A DNA stretch of 64,000 nucleotides from Planctomycetia bacterium (GTDB lineage Bacteria > Planctomycetota > Planctomycetia > Pirellulales > Thermoguttaceae), in NCBI GenBank assembly GCA_030527205.1, contig JAUNBG010000010.1:21556-85555 (forward strand), written 5' to 3'. Of this stretch, positions 1-10,442 are shown piece by piece. The notes beneath the pieces are model-generated. The model was not told where the DNA came from. It worked only from the letters and a program-made list of their open reading frames with translations, and made no database searches. Position numbers and translations under genes: made by a program. Position 1 is the first letter of the stretch, and the number at the start of each line of letters is the position of its first letter.

Positions 1-332
1 TTTTAGCCAAAATTGATCCTCCGGAACTCTCTTTTGTCAGCTTAAAAACGGACGGAACTGTCCTTTGGCGTTTAAATCTTCCGCAAGATTATCAAGGGCG
101 TCAAATGGAACGAATTTCGTCGGGCGATATCAACGGCGACGGAATTAAAGAATGGATCCTTCCGACCTCAGACGGCGCAATCCGATTTATCAATGCGTCA
201 GGCCAATTGATCGATGAATTTCATACTGAAATGGAACTGACTGGCGTTTGCGTCGCTTTTTGGAATAATCGCCCTCATTTGATTCTATCCGATATAAATC
301 GAATCGTCGCGTTTGAAATCAAGAACAAATAA
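1..332 (+). CDS. C-terminal fragment of a repeat protein (FG-GAP/VCBS-like); the 5' end lies outside the window
   Basis: Frame 3 is open from base 3 to the TAA at 330-332, so the listed ORF 105..332 is only the part after an internal Met. The motif SGDINGDGIKEW resembles FG-GAP/VCBS repeats. Confidence 0.4.
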   Translation, partial: LAKIDPPELSFVSLKTDGTVLWRLNLPQDYQGRQMERISSGDINGDGIKEWILPTSDGAIRFINASGQLIDEFHTEMELTGVCVAFWNNRPHLILSDINRIVAFEIKNK

Positions 333-647
333 AAATAAACAAAAACAGAAAAAAATGCCGATATATTCAACAAACTTCGCTTTGCCGATTCAAAATCCGC
401 CTTCGCTGCCGGGTTGACCGTCCCTGAAATCCCGGATTTTTAAAAGACTTAAATCGAATTAAACCTCGAAACAAGTTTCCAAATCCGATAAGAAATGTTT
501 GATATGAAACGATCTTAATCATTTTGAGCCATTATAATCAGGTTGATTGAAAAACCGGCGTCTTGTTTTCGCTGATTCGAGGCTTGACAGATTATTAAAA
601 ATTGCTCAAAAAATGCCCCGAAAGGGTCTAACCAAACTTGGATAAAA

Positions 648-1118
648 ATGAACAACAATATTTTAGATGATCCCAAACGTCAACAAATTTATGACGCTAT
701 TCCTCATCGACCGCCATTTCTTTTCATTGATGAAATAAAGGAATTGACGAACGACCATATCATTTGCATTTATCAATTTAAAGAAGACGAATTCTTTTTT
801 CAAGGGCATTATCCAGGTTCGCCCATTGTTCCCGGCGTTATTCTTTGCGAATCCGCAATGCAGGCAGGCGCTATTCTCTTATCAAATTATTTTAAAGAAA
901 GCGATTCTGAATCGAAAAAAATCCCTGTTGTCGGACGAATGAACGACATCAAATTCAAACAACTGGTTCGGCCCGGCGATACAATTCAACTTGAAGTCGA
1001 ATTGAGAGAAAAAATGAAAAACGCTTATTTTCTTAACGCCAAAATAATAACCAACGATAAACAATTGATCGTTCGCTTCGAATTTGTCTGTACAATAACG
1101 GAACGTCCCGCGATATAA
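648..1118 (+). CDS. fabZ: 3-hydroxyacyl-ACP dehydratase, FabZ family (hotdog fold)
   Basis: 156 aa with an ATG start. The motifs PHRPPFLFIDEI and GHYPGSPIVPGVILCESAMQAG match the FabZ active-site region. Confidence 0.8.
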   Translation: MNNNILDDPKRQQIYDAIPHRPPFLFIDEIKELTNDHIICIYQFKEDEFFFQGHYPGSPIVPGVILCESAMQAGAILLSNYFKESDSESKKIPVVGRMNDIKFKQLVRPGDTIQLEVELREKMKNAYFLNAKIITNDKQLIVRFEFVCTITERPAI

Positions 1119-1354
1119 CGAAACATTAAACATAAATCCGTTATCTGCGACATCGTTTGAGAAAGACAAAAGACCAACAAAGGGCAACAGGAACATTCGG
1201 TTTAAACCTTGTTGAAAACTCCGTTTTCTGTTTGAAATTCTGTCAAGCCAGAAAAATGACGCAATCGCGCAGCAAACGGTCCGTTCCGGACTAAAGAGAC
1301 CGTTTTCCTTTTGCCCTTAAAAAAAGAGAAACAACAGCTCAATTCTCTCAAAAA

Positions 1355-2110
1355 TCAATCATTGAAAGAAAAACGATTTTTGATCAGTTCGATGATATAA
1401 AACGCAACGATTATTTTCGTTCCTTTAAGTTGAGCGACTGAATTTCCAAGCGGGTCAAGAATTTCAACGCTTGTCGTTAAACCATTCATTGCATTTTGAT
1501 CGTTCAGGACAATTAAATCGCAACATTTTCGTTGAAGTTTTTGCAAAGCCCGAACGCGATGATCCAATGTTTCCAAAGCGAACCCGACCATCCATTGCGG
1601 TTGAGACTTTCGCAACAATTCTTTTTGAACGCCAGCAGAAACGGTTTTCGAATCGTTCTCGGATTTTGTTAAAGGCAAAGCGTCTTGATCGAATTTCTTT
1701 CTTTTTATTTTTCCGAGAGTTGCCATAATATCGGGCGTCTCTTTTAACTGCAAAAAGAACTCGCCATTGGCTTTCTCTTTTTGCGTAAAATCTGCTTTGG
1801 ACATTTTATTTTCCGCAACATGCAACGGTCGATAATCGCAAGGAGCGGCGACTCCAATAACGCCATCGCATTCGGGAAAAATTCTGACGCAGGCTTCCAA
1901 CATTTCTTCCGTTGAGACAACCGGGACAATTTCCGCTTTTTTCGGATATGCTATTTCAACCGGTCCGCTAACAACAACGACCTCAAATCCTGCATCAAGG
2001 GCAGCTCGCGCCAAAGCGGCGCCAGTTCGTCCGCTTGACGCATTTGTCAGATATCGAATCGGATCAAGATATTGCCGAGTTGGCCCCGAGGTTATCAAAA
2101 TTTTCGCCAT
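1355..2110 (-). CDS. coaB: Phosphopantothenate-cysteine ligase (stand-alone CoaB domain)
   Basis: 251 aa. The N-terminus KILITSGPTRQYLDPIRYLTNASSGRTGAALA is the CoaB (DFP) signature. No CoaC flavoprotein domain is fused or adjacent. Confidence 0.8.
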   Translation of the reverse strand: MAKILITSGPTRQYLDPIRYLTNASSGRTGAALARAALDAGFEVVVVSGPVEIAYPKKAEIVPVVSTEEMLEACVRIFPECDGVIGVAAPCDYRPLHVAENKMSKADFTQKEKANGEFFLQLKETPDIMATLGKIKRKKFDQDALPLTKSENDSKTVSAGVQKELLRKSQPQWMVGFALETLDHRVRALQKLQRKCCDLIVLNDQNAMNGLTTSVEILDPLGNSVAQLKGTKIIVAFYIIELIKNRFSFND

Positions 2111-2127
2111 AATAAAACTTTATTTTG

Positions 2128-3720
2128 TCAGAATTTCAGCCAACCGATGGAATGCAAAAACGTTATAATAATACAGATCGGCGACAAAAATCGAATAAAA
2201 ATCCCTAAGATAACGCCAAGAGTTAACGAATGAGAATCCCGAGTCGCATTGGGATCATCTTTAAGCCCCGCCAGAAGCGTAAAGAAATTAACATCCGAAA
2301 ACTGTTCGCCTCCTTTTCGAATCTCATCAATAGCATAACGAGTTCCCCAAACCCAACCGACAAACAATGAGATTCCCAGGCCGCCCAATGGCAAAAGATA
2401 ATTGCAACTGAAGTTATCGGCGGCATCGAAAAAGCTTGCGTCCGTTGAATTGAACAAGAAAAGAAAGATTTTCTCAAGCCAGGGGATTTTTTCCCAATCA
2501 AAAACGCTGATTGTACTGAGAACCCCCATTATGGAAACGAGGAGCGTAACGCCGAAAACAGCTGAATGACGTTTGAAATGAAATTCGTCAATGAGACAGG
2601 AAATACAAACTTCCAACAAACTGATTCCGCTTGTCAAAGCCGCAATGAATAACAAAAGAAAGAAAAGCGAACTCCAAAGCCAACCGACATTATCGCCAAT
2701 TGCATTAAAAGTAACGGGCATAATCTGAAAAACCAACCCTGGTCCAGCTTCAGGATTCATTTGCATTGCAAAAACGGCGGGAAAAATTGCCAAGCCCGCC
2801 ATTAAAGCGATCAAAGTATCGAGAAAGACAATATTCAAACTTGCGATATAAATATTTTTGGAACTATCGAGATAACTTCCGTAAGTCAACATAGCGCCCA
2901 TTCCCAGGCTCAAAGAGAAAAAAGCGTGTCCCAGCGCGATTAAAACGCCTTCTGAAGTCAATTTGCCAAAATCGGGCGAAAGAAGAAAGCGAACGCCTGC
3001 CGCAGCTCCGGGAAGCGTTAAACTTCGCATAATCAAAAGAATAAGCAACAACAGTAATAAAGGCAATAGAAATTTGCTTGCCAATTCAATTCCATTTTTA
3101 ATTCCAAACCAAACAACAAAGCCGCATAAAAGAGTAAACATAAGTTGATAAAAAACGGCAACAAAGGGATTTAAGGCAAAAGAGTTAAAAATATTCTGGG
3201 CTTCAACGGTTGACGAGATATTGAGTTGCTGCGTTATTCCTTTAATAAAATAAGCGAAAGTCCAACCGCCGACGGTTCCATAATAAGACATAATCACAAA
3301 AGGGGTCAAAACGCCGACAAGACCAATGCTTCCCCAGCCGAAATAAAAAGCGAAAGCCGCGAGAACGCCAAAAATGAGCCCCAAACCAAATTTGCCGAAA
3401 CAAAGAAGTCCCAAGGCGATCAAAAGAAAAACCGAGCCAATGGAACGAGTTGTCGACGTTCCATGCGGAGCGATTGCCAAAAAGGCGCCCAGGGGATTTT
3501 TTTGTGTCTTCCGGCCAAGCGTAATTTCGCAGATCATAATAGGAAGGCCGATTAAAATGATGCAAAAAAGATAAACGAGAACGAAAGCTCCGCCGCCATT
3601 CATTCCGGTTATATAAGGGAATTTCCAAATATTCCCCAAACCGATAGCCGATCCGGCAGCAGCAAGAACGAAACCGAGACTTCCCCCCCAATGTTCTCGA
3701 GTTGTTGAATCATTTTTCAT
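2128..3720 (-). CDS. Sodium-dependent transporter, SNF / neurotransmitter:sodium symporter family
   Basis: 530 aa and polytopic. The hallmark WGGSLGFVLAAAGSAIGLGNIWKFPY is at the N-terminus. Confidence 0.9.
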   Translation of the reverse strand: MKNDSTTREHWGGSLGFVLAAAGSAIGLGNIWKFPYITGMNGGGAFVLVYLFCIILIGLPIMICEITLGRKTQKNPLGAFLAIAPHGTSTTRSIGSVFLLIALGLLCFGKFGLGLIFGVLAAFAFYFGWGSIGLVGVLTPFVIMSYYGTVGGWTFAYFIKGITQQLNISSTVEAQNIFNSFALNPFVAVFYQLMFTLLCGFVVWFGIKNGIELASKFLLPLLLLLLILLIMRSLTLPGAAAGVRFLLSPDFGKLTSEGVLIALGHAFFSLSLGMGAMLTYGSYLDSSKNIYIASLNIVFLDTLIALMAGLAIFPAVFAMQMNPEAGPGLVFQIMPVTFNAIGDNVGWLWSSLFFLLLFIAALTSGISLLEVCISCLIDEFHFKRHSAVFGVTLLVSIMGVLSTISVFDWEKIPWLEKIFLFLFNSTDASFFDAADNFSCNYLLPLGGLGISLFVGWVWGTRYAIDEIRKGGEQFSDVNFFTLLAGLKDDPNATRDSHSLTLGVILGIFIRFLSPICIIITFLHSIGWLKF

Positions 3721-4505
3721 TGAAATGAATCCTTAAATATTTGAGTCATTCGGATATTTTATTGCGAAATCAAAGGACAAATTGATGAAAAAACTTGATT
3801 TTTCTGTTTGTTAATCCAACAAAGACAAAAAGAACAACCAAAAGGTCAAAAACTTGCGTCCGTATCAGCTTCGATAAAAATGTTGAAATTTTCAAATGGA
3901 GCTGCCGTTCTGCTGAAACAATCAGCAAAATCGTCGATTTCTGAAAATAAATCAGGCATTGAATACAAACGGCATTGCGATCAGAATTCAATAAATCAGC
4001 GCTCTTCAACCTCGCGTTTTGTCTGTTGAAAGCTCCTATTTGTTTGCCCTTCAAAATAATATTTTATTATAATTGAGGAACAAAATTAAGTCAACAAGAA
4101 GATAGTCAAAATAAGCAAAACAGGTTCTTTCGTTTTGAAAAAAGAGAATGAAATCTTTCCCTTTTCGGGGATTGTAAAACCGTTTTCGATTGTTATACTC
4201 AAAATAGAATTGTTGATCGTTCGGCATTTTTCCGAAGAAACAATTCCTTTTTTCCTTCAAGAACGGGAGAAATTTTCCCTGACATTGCTTAACACAGAAA
4301 AACAAAACTAAAATCATATCAACGACAGTTTGGGCGACAAGATTCGCTTTTTCATATTCCGTCAGTCATTTCAAACTTAAGAACAGCATTTTAAGCATAA
4401 GAACAGAAAGTTTGGCGATTTTCAATTGGTTTGAGTATCAAGAGCGCATTCTCTTTCAAGCAAAACTTCTCATTAACATCAACAAGAGATAAAAAAGGAA
4501 CAACG

Positions 4506-5930
4506 ATGTTCGAATATCGAATGGAACATGATACAATGGGCGAAGTTCGCCTTCCAAAACAGGTTTATTATGGCGCTCAGACCCAAAGGGCGATCGATAA
4601 CTTCCCGATTTCGGGACGTCGAATCGCGCCGGAGTTAATTCATGCGCTCGGATTAGTCAAATGGGCAGCGGCTCTGGCCAATCATCAATTGGGACAATTA
4701 ACCCGTAACGGTCGCAATCCGCTTCAAAGCAAGGAAATTGACGCATTGATTCAAGCGGCGTTTGAGGTTTCGGAAGGAATGTTGGACGACGAATTTCCGA
4801 TCGACGTTTATCAAACCGGTTCAGGAACTTCTTCAAATATGAACGCCAATGAAGTTATTTCGAATCGCGCGATTGAAATTGCGGGTTATGATCGTTTTGC
4901 CATTGAAAAACGAATTCATCCAAACGATCATGTCAACTGCGGTCAATCAACCAACGATATTTTTCCGACCGCGATTCATGTTGCTGCGGCTCTTGAAATC
5001 AAGAATCGTCTGATTCCAGCGATTCAAAAAGGAATTGACATTCTTCAAAAAAAAGCGGAAGATTGGAAAGATATTTTGAAGATCGGTCGAACGCATTTAG
5101 CCGACGCAACTCCCTTATCATTGGGGCAGGAAGTCAGCGGTTTAGGGCGTCAAATGGAACTTTCCCGCAAACGAGCGGAAATGGCTTTAGATCAGATTCT
5201 CGAACTTCCGGTCGGAGGAACCGCCGTTGGAACCGGCATTAATTCGCATACTCAATTTGGTTCCCGGGTCGCCCTGATCCTTGCAGAAAAAACGCAGATT
5301 CCGTTTCAAGAGACGTTCAATCATTTTGAAGCCAATGCTCAACGAGACGGTTTAGTCGCTTGTCATTCTTTATTAAAAACGATTGCGGTTTCCGTCTCAA
5401 GTATCGCGAACAATATCCGTTGGCTTTCTTCGGGACCTCGTTGCGGTTTTTATGAATTGAAACTCAAAGACCTTCAACCAGGAAGTTCGATTATGCCGGG
5501 CAAAGTCAATCCGGTTTTATGCGAAAGCGTTATGCAGCTTAGCGCCAAAGTTTTAGGCAATGACGCAACGATTTCCTATGCTGGAGCTTCCGGCGGTCAA
5601 TTTCAACTTAACATTATGATGCCGGTCATTGCCGATACGGTTTTAGATTCGATTCGCATTTTGAGCGGCGGAATTTCTCTCTTTGCGGAAAAATGTTTGT
5701 CAACAATGGAAGCGAATACGGAACAATGTCAAAAAGCCGTCGAACAGAGCCTTTCGATGGTTACCGGACTGAATCCATTTATCGGTTATGAAAAAGCGGC
5801 GGCTCTGGCCAAAGAAGCGTTCAAAACGAATAAAACGATTCGCGAACTCTGTCAGGAACAGAAAATTTTGCCGCCTGATGAGCTCGAAAAAGCGCTCAAT
5901 CCTTGGCGAATGACCAAACCGCTTTCTTAA
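4506..5930 (+). CDS. fumC: Class II fumarate hydratase
   Basis: The GSSIMPGKVNPVLCE signature and the N-terminal MEHDTMGEVRLP...YYGAQTQRA are present. The listed ORF starts at a TTG (4431). The ATG at 4506 has an AAGGAA upstream and gives a typical N-terminus. Confidence 0.9.
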   Translation: MFEYRMEHDTMGEVRLPKQVYYGAQTQRAIDNFPISGRRIAPELIHALGLVKWAAALANHQLGQLTRNGRNPLQSKEIDALIQAAFEVSEGMLDDEFPIDVYQTGSGTSSNMNANEVISNRAIEIAGYDRFAIEKRIHPNDHVNCGQSTNDIFPTAIHVAAALEIKNRLIPAIQKGIDILQKKAEDWKDILKIGRTHLADATPLSLGQEVSGLGRQMELSRKRAEMALDQILELPVGGTAVGTGINSHTQFGSRVALILAEKTQIPFQETFNHFEANAQRDGLVACHSLLKTIAVSVSSIANNIRWLSSGPRCGFYELKLKDLQPGSSIMPGKVNPVLCESVMQLSAKVLGNDATISYAGASGGQFQLNIMMPVIADTVLDSIRILSGGISLFAEKCLSTMEANTEQCQKAVEQSLSMVTGLNPFIGYEKAAALAKEAFKTNKTIRELCQEQKILPPDELEKALNPWRMTKPLS

Positions 5931-6110
5931 AATGATCCGCAAATATATCTTTTTTATGCGAAATGAACGAAAAAATACGAAAATGGAATAACCAGAAGCC
6001 AAATGATTTTCATAATTAAAGAAAAGTTCGTTTTTAAATGATTTCTTTTGAAAATCCAATCCAATTATAAAAAAACGAATAATCAGAAAACAAAATTTTT
6101 ATGAAATGAC

Positions 6111-7163
6111 TTATTCGGGGTTGAGAAATTTGTTGATCGATAAAATAATAACGGCGAGGCAAATAACAATCAAGGCAAGATACATCAACGATCGCGGTTT
6201 GCCTCGAACGCCTTTCCATTCGCCGCTCACAAATCCGACCAGTTGATTTCCCATAAGTTGTGTCGCCTGTTGAATACCAAATCCGATCGAAGCGCCGAGC
6301 GAGCCAAGATATATCATTCCCTGTCCCATACATAAAAGCGAAATAATGAATTGAAATCCCATCGCAATCCCAAAAATCGTTTCGTCCTTTCGAGCAAAAA
6401 AAGTTTTCCAGGTTTTCTTTTTGGTCAACATAAACATCGCAAAAAGAATGTTAACGATCGCTCCCCCGAAAACGGCAAAGGCCCAGGTTATACAGGTCGC
6501 TTCCAACCCTCCGACTCCTTGCGCTTTCGCCGCATCCTCAATATCCTGACTGTAAACAAAGCATAAGGAAAGCCCAGCCGAAAGAACTCCCGCGATACAG
6601 ACAAGAATAAAACCTTCTACAAAATTCCCTGACGCCTGAGCCTTTTTCTTTTGCTCATCTTGACTTCCAAGCTGTTTTTCCCGACCGACTCCCGCTGCTG
6701 TCGTTAAAATAACGCCCAAAATCAGAACAATCAGCGCTGACAAAATCGTCAGCCCCGCCGCAGACATTAAATCCGGAGCTTTTTGAAATATACCGCTCCC
6801 CTTGAGTATCAAAGGCAAAAGCATTCCAACCGACATCCCCAACCCCGACAACAGGGCGCCGGTCAATGCGGCTCCGATCTTGATAACACAGATAAAATAA
6901 AGAACATTGGCAATTCCCCAACCGACGGAAAATAAAGCAGAGACGGCAAGCGTCTTCAAGCCTGTCGACTTAATGATTAACGAAACGTCATCCAAACAAA
7001 AAAAGACAATACTCCAGGGAATTACAATAAGTCCAAGAAAAATATAAATAAGAAGCATCTGCTCCAATCGAAGATCTTTCGTCACTTTAAACGGCCAAGC
7101 GCCCGTTCCTGTTCCAAGACCCGCAAGAGTTACTAAAATCAAACCCCAAATCATTTGTTCCAT
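6111..7163 (-). CDS. rhaT: RhaT-family sugar:proton symporter (L-rhamnose transporter-like)
   Basis: Collinear similarity to E. coli RhaT blocks: GWGIANVLYF..IG, GVLSAGLSLCF, FGGAIVNILF, GEWKGVRGKPRS. The ATG at 7163 has an AAAGGA upstream. The substrate was not verified. Confidence 0.75.
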   Translation of the reverse strand: MEQMIWGLILVTLAGLGTGTGAWPFKVTKDLRLEQMLLIYIFLGLIVIPWSIVFFCLDDVSLIIKSTGLKTLAVSALFSVGWGIANVLYFICVIKIGAALTGALLSGLGMSVGMLLPLILKGSGIFQKAPDLMSAAGLTILSALIVLILGVILTTAAGVGREKQLGSQDEQKKKAQASGNFVEGFILVCIAGVLSAGLSLCFVYSQDIEDAAKAQGVGGLEATCITWAFAVFGGAIVNILFAMFMLTKKKTWKTFFARKDETIFGIAMGFQFIISLLCMGQGMIYLGSLGASIGFGIQQATQLMGNQLVGFVSGEWKGVRGKPRSLMYLALIVICLAVIILSINKFLNPE

Positions 7164-7412
7164 AACGTTCCTTTCGTTAATTTCTATATAATGAGACGCA
7201 AAAACAGGGCTTTTACGCAACCCTTTTGCTATCCGCCAATCTCATTCTGGTTAACCCCCAAAAAACAAAAAACAGACGGCTCAAAAAGAATATTTTGATG
7301 CCGTCCAAAAGGCTCAAGTTTGTTGAATCCAGAATTGTTCCGTTCAGAAACCAGCAAAGTCAGGCGGATCAGCAAAGAGAATCCCTGTAGCTCATCCCCG
7401 TACAGTAAATAA

Positions 7413-7477
7413 TTCCCTGTTTAAGTTAGGCGTATCCCCCTGTTTTCGTTAGGCGTTTCCCTGTTTTCGTTGGCGTT
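7413..7477. repeat. Three tandem ~22-bp direct repeats (TTCCCTGTTT[TA][AC]GTTAGGCGT-like)
   Basis: Units at 7413-7434, 7435-7456 and 7457-7477, read directly. They lie in the intergenic region upstream of the rhaT-like gene. Confidence 0.7.
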
Positions 7478-7554
7478 GACATCGTTTTCGAGCTTTTTTC
7501 ATGACTTTTTTCTATTTCTGTCACGAAATAACGAACGATCAATCTTATCAAAAA

Positions 7555-8364
7555 TTAAAGCCCCGGAACATAACCTTTTCCCAATTGAAGTCCCATTTCA
7601 TGAAATCCTTCGCTAAAGGACATCCAGGAACTCGTTCCTCCGTCAACAAGAATTGTTTGACCAATAAGATATCTCGCCTCTTCGGAAGCCAAAAAGACAA
7701 CAACGTTGGCAATATCAATCGGAGTTCCGACGAACCCGCAGGGAATTCCTTTCGCTGTTTCGCTTGTATCGTTGGAACCAGCCAATTTAAAATGATTTTC
7801 GACTGGAACAGCGCCCGGAGCAACAGCGTTCAAACGAATTCCTTTTGGCGCAAGTTCAATAGCAAGCTGGCGCGTATAGGCAATGATCGCCCCTTTGGTT
7901 CCCGCATAGACCGAATGGCCTTTACAGGCTTGAAAACCATGAATTGACGACAAATTGACAATCGCGCCGCCCCCTTGCGACAACATTGTTGGCAAAGCAG
8001 TTTGAATCGCAAAAAATTGCCCGCGAACGTTGATATTATAAAGCGTATCGAATTGTTCCGGAGTTACTTTTTCAAATTCAAGCGTCATCGTCGTTCCGGC
8101 ATTGTTAACCAAAACGTCAATCCCTCCAAGCCAATCGATCGCATCGCTGACCCATTTTTGAACCTGACCAACGTCTCGAAAATCGGCATAAAGAGCCGTT
8201 GCTTTGCCTCCCCAGCTTTGAATTTCATGAACGGCCGATTCTGCCCCTTCTTTGCTATGCGCATAATGAAGAACAACTTCCGCGCCGCGTCGAGCGAATT
8301 CCAAAGCGGTTTCTCGGCCCAATCCTGTTCCTGATCCGGTTACTAAAACTTTTTTGTTTTTCAT
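7555..8364 (-). CDS. SDR-family oxidoreductase
   Basis: 269 aa. TGSGTGLGRETA Rossmann motif, NNAG, and the YAGTKGA catalytic YxxxK. Confidence 0.85.
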   Translation of the reverse strand: MKNKKVLVTGSGTGLGRETALEFARRGAEVVLHYAHSKEGAESAVHEIQSWGGKATALYADFRDVGQVQKWVSDAIDWLGGIDVLVNNAGTTMTLEFEKVTPEQFDTLYNINVRGQFFAIQTALPTMLSQGGGAIVNLSSIHGFQACKGHSVYAGTKGAIIAYTRQLAIELAPKGIRLNAVAPGAVPVENHFKLAGSNDTSETAKGIPCGFVGTPIDIANVVVFLASEEARYLIGQTILVDGGTSSWMSFSEGFHEMGLQLGKGYVPGL

Positions 8365-8682
8365 TCTATCCTCAATGATTGATAAAAACTGCTATCTTTT
8401 GCGGACAATTCCAAAAACTTGACGGAAACGCGAACATTTGTCAGCATTTTCCATAAAAACGTTGCTTTGCCAATTGAGTCAAATCTGGAATCAACGTTTT
8501 TGGAATTCTCCTTAATCTATAAAGGTTCCAAACTTAAACAAGGAATTTGTTATGCTGCCGAAGCTGACAAATCCCTTGTTAATAAAGAGTTTATGGTCAA
8601 AACGAATTTCCCTGGCAAAAACTGCCGAAAAGCCAAAATCAACCGTTTTCAAATCTTCGTCAGACTTTTTATTCAAGAAAAC

Positions 8683-10425
8683 TTATTCGGCAAGAGACCT
8701 TGTATAACGTTCAATGCGAATATTACGATATGACGCTTCCCCAGCCGCGCCGCCATGAATTTGCAAGCCGATAACTCCGTCCAACGGGACATTCGGATCC
8801 GTTTCCTTATAATCGACCGTCAGAATATTGTTCAGATACAATTTGACGCGATTTCCCCAGCAAACAATTTTATATTGGTTCCAATCGTTCGGTTTCCAGA
8901 TTTTTTTAATCATTTCCGTATCGGTTTCTGCCAAAAAATCGTTCCGGCGAGATTCATCATAAAGCCGACCCCAATAAAGGCCATCCGAAGTCATATCCGC
9001 CTGATAACCGATCATTTCATTATGATCAGGAATTCGTTCCGAACGAAATTGGATGCCGGCGTTTCCCCCTTCGCCAACGATTTTGCATTCCAAAGTCAAT
9101 GTAAAATCCCGAAATCGTTCCGTCGAACAGAGAAACATGTTTTGAGGAACCAACGTTTCGAGAGAACCGCCAACAATGGCGTCATTTTCAATCCGAAACG
9201 TCTTTTCGGTATCCCCTTCCCAACCGTTGAACGTCTTGCCGTCAAACAGAAGTCGATCAGTCCGTTCATTTTCGATTTGGGAATAAAGTTCCGCAAGAAG
9301 CCTCTTTTCTTCTTCTCGTTCGACAAAAGGAACAATCGCGTCGGCCATTTGAATTTTCGTATCGGGAGTTGCCCCCATTTGTCGAACAAGTCGCAAATAA
9401 CCGCGAACCGCTCGAATTCGATATTTTTGAAGGGAATGCTTTTCCGCAATCAAGATCAAAAACGGAGCTGCGTCCATATTGATCCATTCTCCGAGAACGC
9501 GCGTCGCCGCATCGATAACCCGTTCCTCTTTTTCCCCTGCTGATCGGGCAATCTGCTCAAGAGCGTCGTTGTTTCCAATCTGAACAAACAAGGAAATCAA
9601 AAAACATTTCTGTTCCGGGGACGATCTGGCAAATGCTTTTTTAAGAACGTTAACGGCAGCTGACGGTTCAAATGTCCGTTTGCAAAGCAGTTCCAGCGAA
9701 TCGGCCAACGGCCCCGGAACATTTTCCGGAGAATACGATTCATAAACGTTCAATAAAAGTTCGATTGATTTCGCATCTGGCGAAACAACTTGCGACCAAA
9801 GATTCAATTTCTCAATATCCGACTCATCGGTCAAAGACGTTTTCAAAATCGTCGCAATATTAATATTGGAAATGTCGATCGGTTTGACCGGTTCGACCGG
9901 TTCGACAGCCTCGAAAACAAACGGTTCAACCGGAACGGCATCCAATTTGGCAACAGCAGATCGCGCCGCCTCGGCAACCGTCTTATCGTCAGATTCGGTT
10001 AGTTCAACCAATTTTTCCCGACTAGCTTCATCCTTCATTTCTCCAAGCGACAGAATCACGCCAACAAGAGAAAGCCCCGACAAGGAATCCAAAGATTCGC
10101 GAAGCGCTTTTCGCCCCGCTTCTCCCGGAATATTGATCAGAGCGGTTCGCGCTTGAGTTCCGAGTCGCTCATCGGCAAGCAACGGAATAATCTCCTTGAC
10201 CGAATCCTCCGTTCCAAACCAGGTCAGCCAATTCAACGCATTGGCCATTTCATGAAGCTGTTCGTCAGTCAGATCCGCGTTTTGAGTATAAACGGAAAGA
10301 GTTTCCCTTGCTTTTTGAACCTTGGCGGCAGGGGACTCGTTCGCCTGAACAATCGCAATTGCCATCAAAATCAACAAAACGAGCAAAATCGAAACTCGAA
10401 CCAACTTTTTTTCGATCATCGTCAT
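8683..10425 (-). CDS. Secreted HEAT-repeat protein with a C-terminal DUF1080 (3-keto-disaccharide hydrolase-like) domain
   Basis: N-terminal signal/TM segment (LVRVSILLVLLILMAIAIVQA). The C-terminal 200 aa carry LFDGKTFNGWEG...FRIENDAIVGG...GNAGIQFRS...GYQADM...GLQIHGG...YRNIRIE, typical of DUF1080. The ATG at 10425 has an AAGGGA upstream; the listed TTG at 10455 is less likely. Confidence 0.75.
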   Translation of the reverse strand: MTMIEKKLVRVSILLVLLILMAIAIVQANESPAAKVQKARETLSVYTQNADLTDEQLHEMANALNWLTWFGTEDSVKEIIPLLADERLGTQARTALINIPGEAGRKALRESLDSLSGLSLVGVILSLGEMKDEASREKLVELTESDDKTVAEAARSAVAKLDAVPVEPFVFEAVEPVEPVKPIDISNINIATILKTSLTDESDIEKLNLWSQVVSPDAKSIELLLNVYESYSPENVPGPLADSLELLCKRTFEPSAAVNVLKKAFARSSPEQKCFLISLFVQIGNNDALEQIARSAGEKEERVIDAATRVLGEWINMDAAPFLILIAEKHSLQKYRIRAVRGYLRLVRQMGATPDTKIQMADAIVPFVEREEEKRLLAELYSQIENERTDRLLFDGKTFNGWEGDTEKTFRIENDAIVGGSLETLVPQNMFLCSTERFRDFTLTLECKIVGEGGNAGIQFRSERIPDHNEMIGYQADMTSDGLYWGRLYDESRRNDFLAETDTEMIKKIWKPNDWNQYKIVCWGNRVKLYLNNILTVDYKETDPNVPLDGVIGLQIHGGAAGEASYRNIRIERYTRSLAE

Positions 10426-10442
10426 TATAATATTTCCCTTTC

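Noticed and set aside
3721-4505. ORFs of 73-94 aa in the 785-bp SNF-transporter / fumC divergent region (3770-4054, 3808-4029, 4051-4317)
   Set aside because: They overlap each other on opposite strands, have skewed K/F/N/L composition and no RBS or motif. I treat them as non-coding promoter DNA, although the gap is unusually long.
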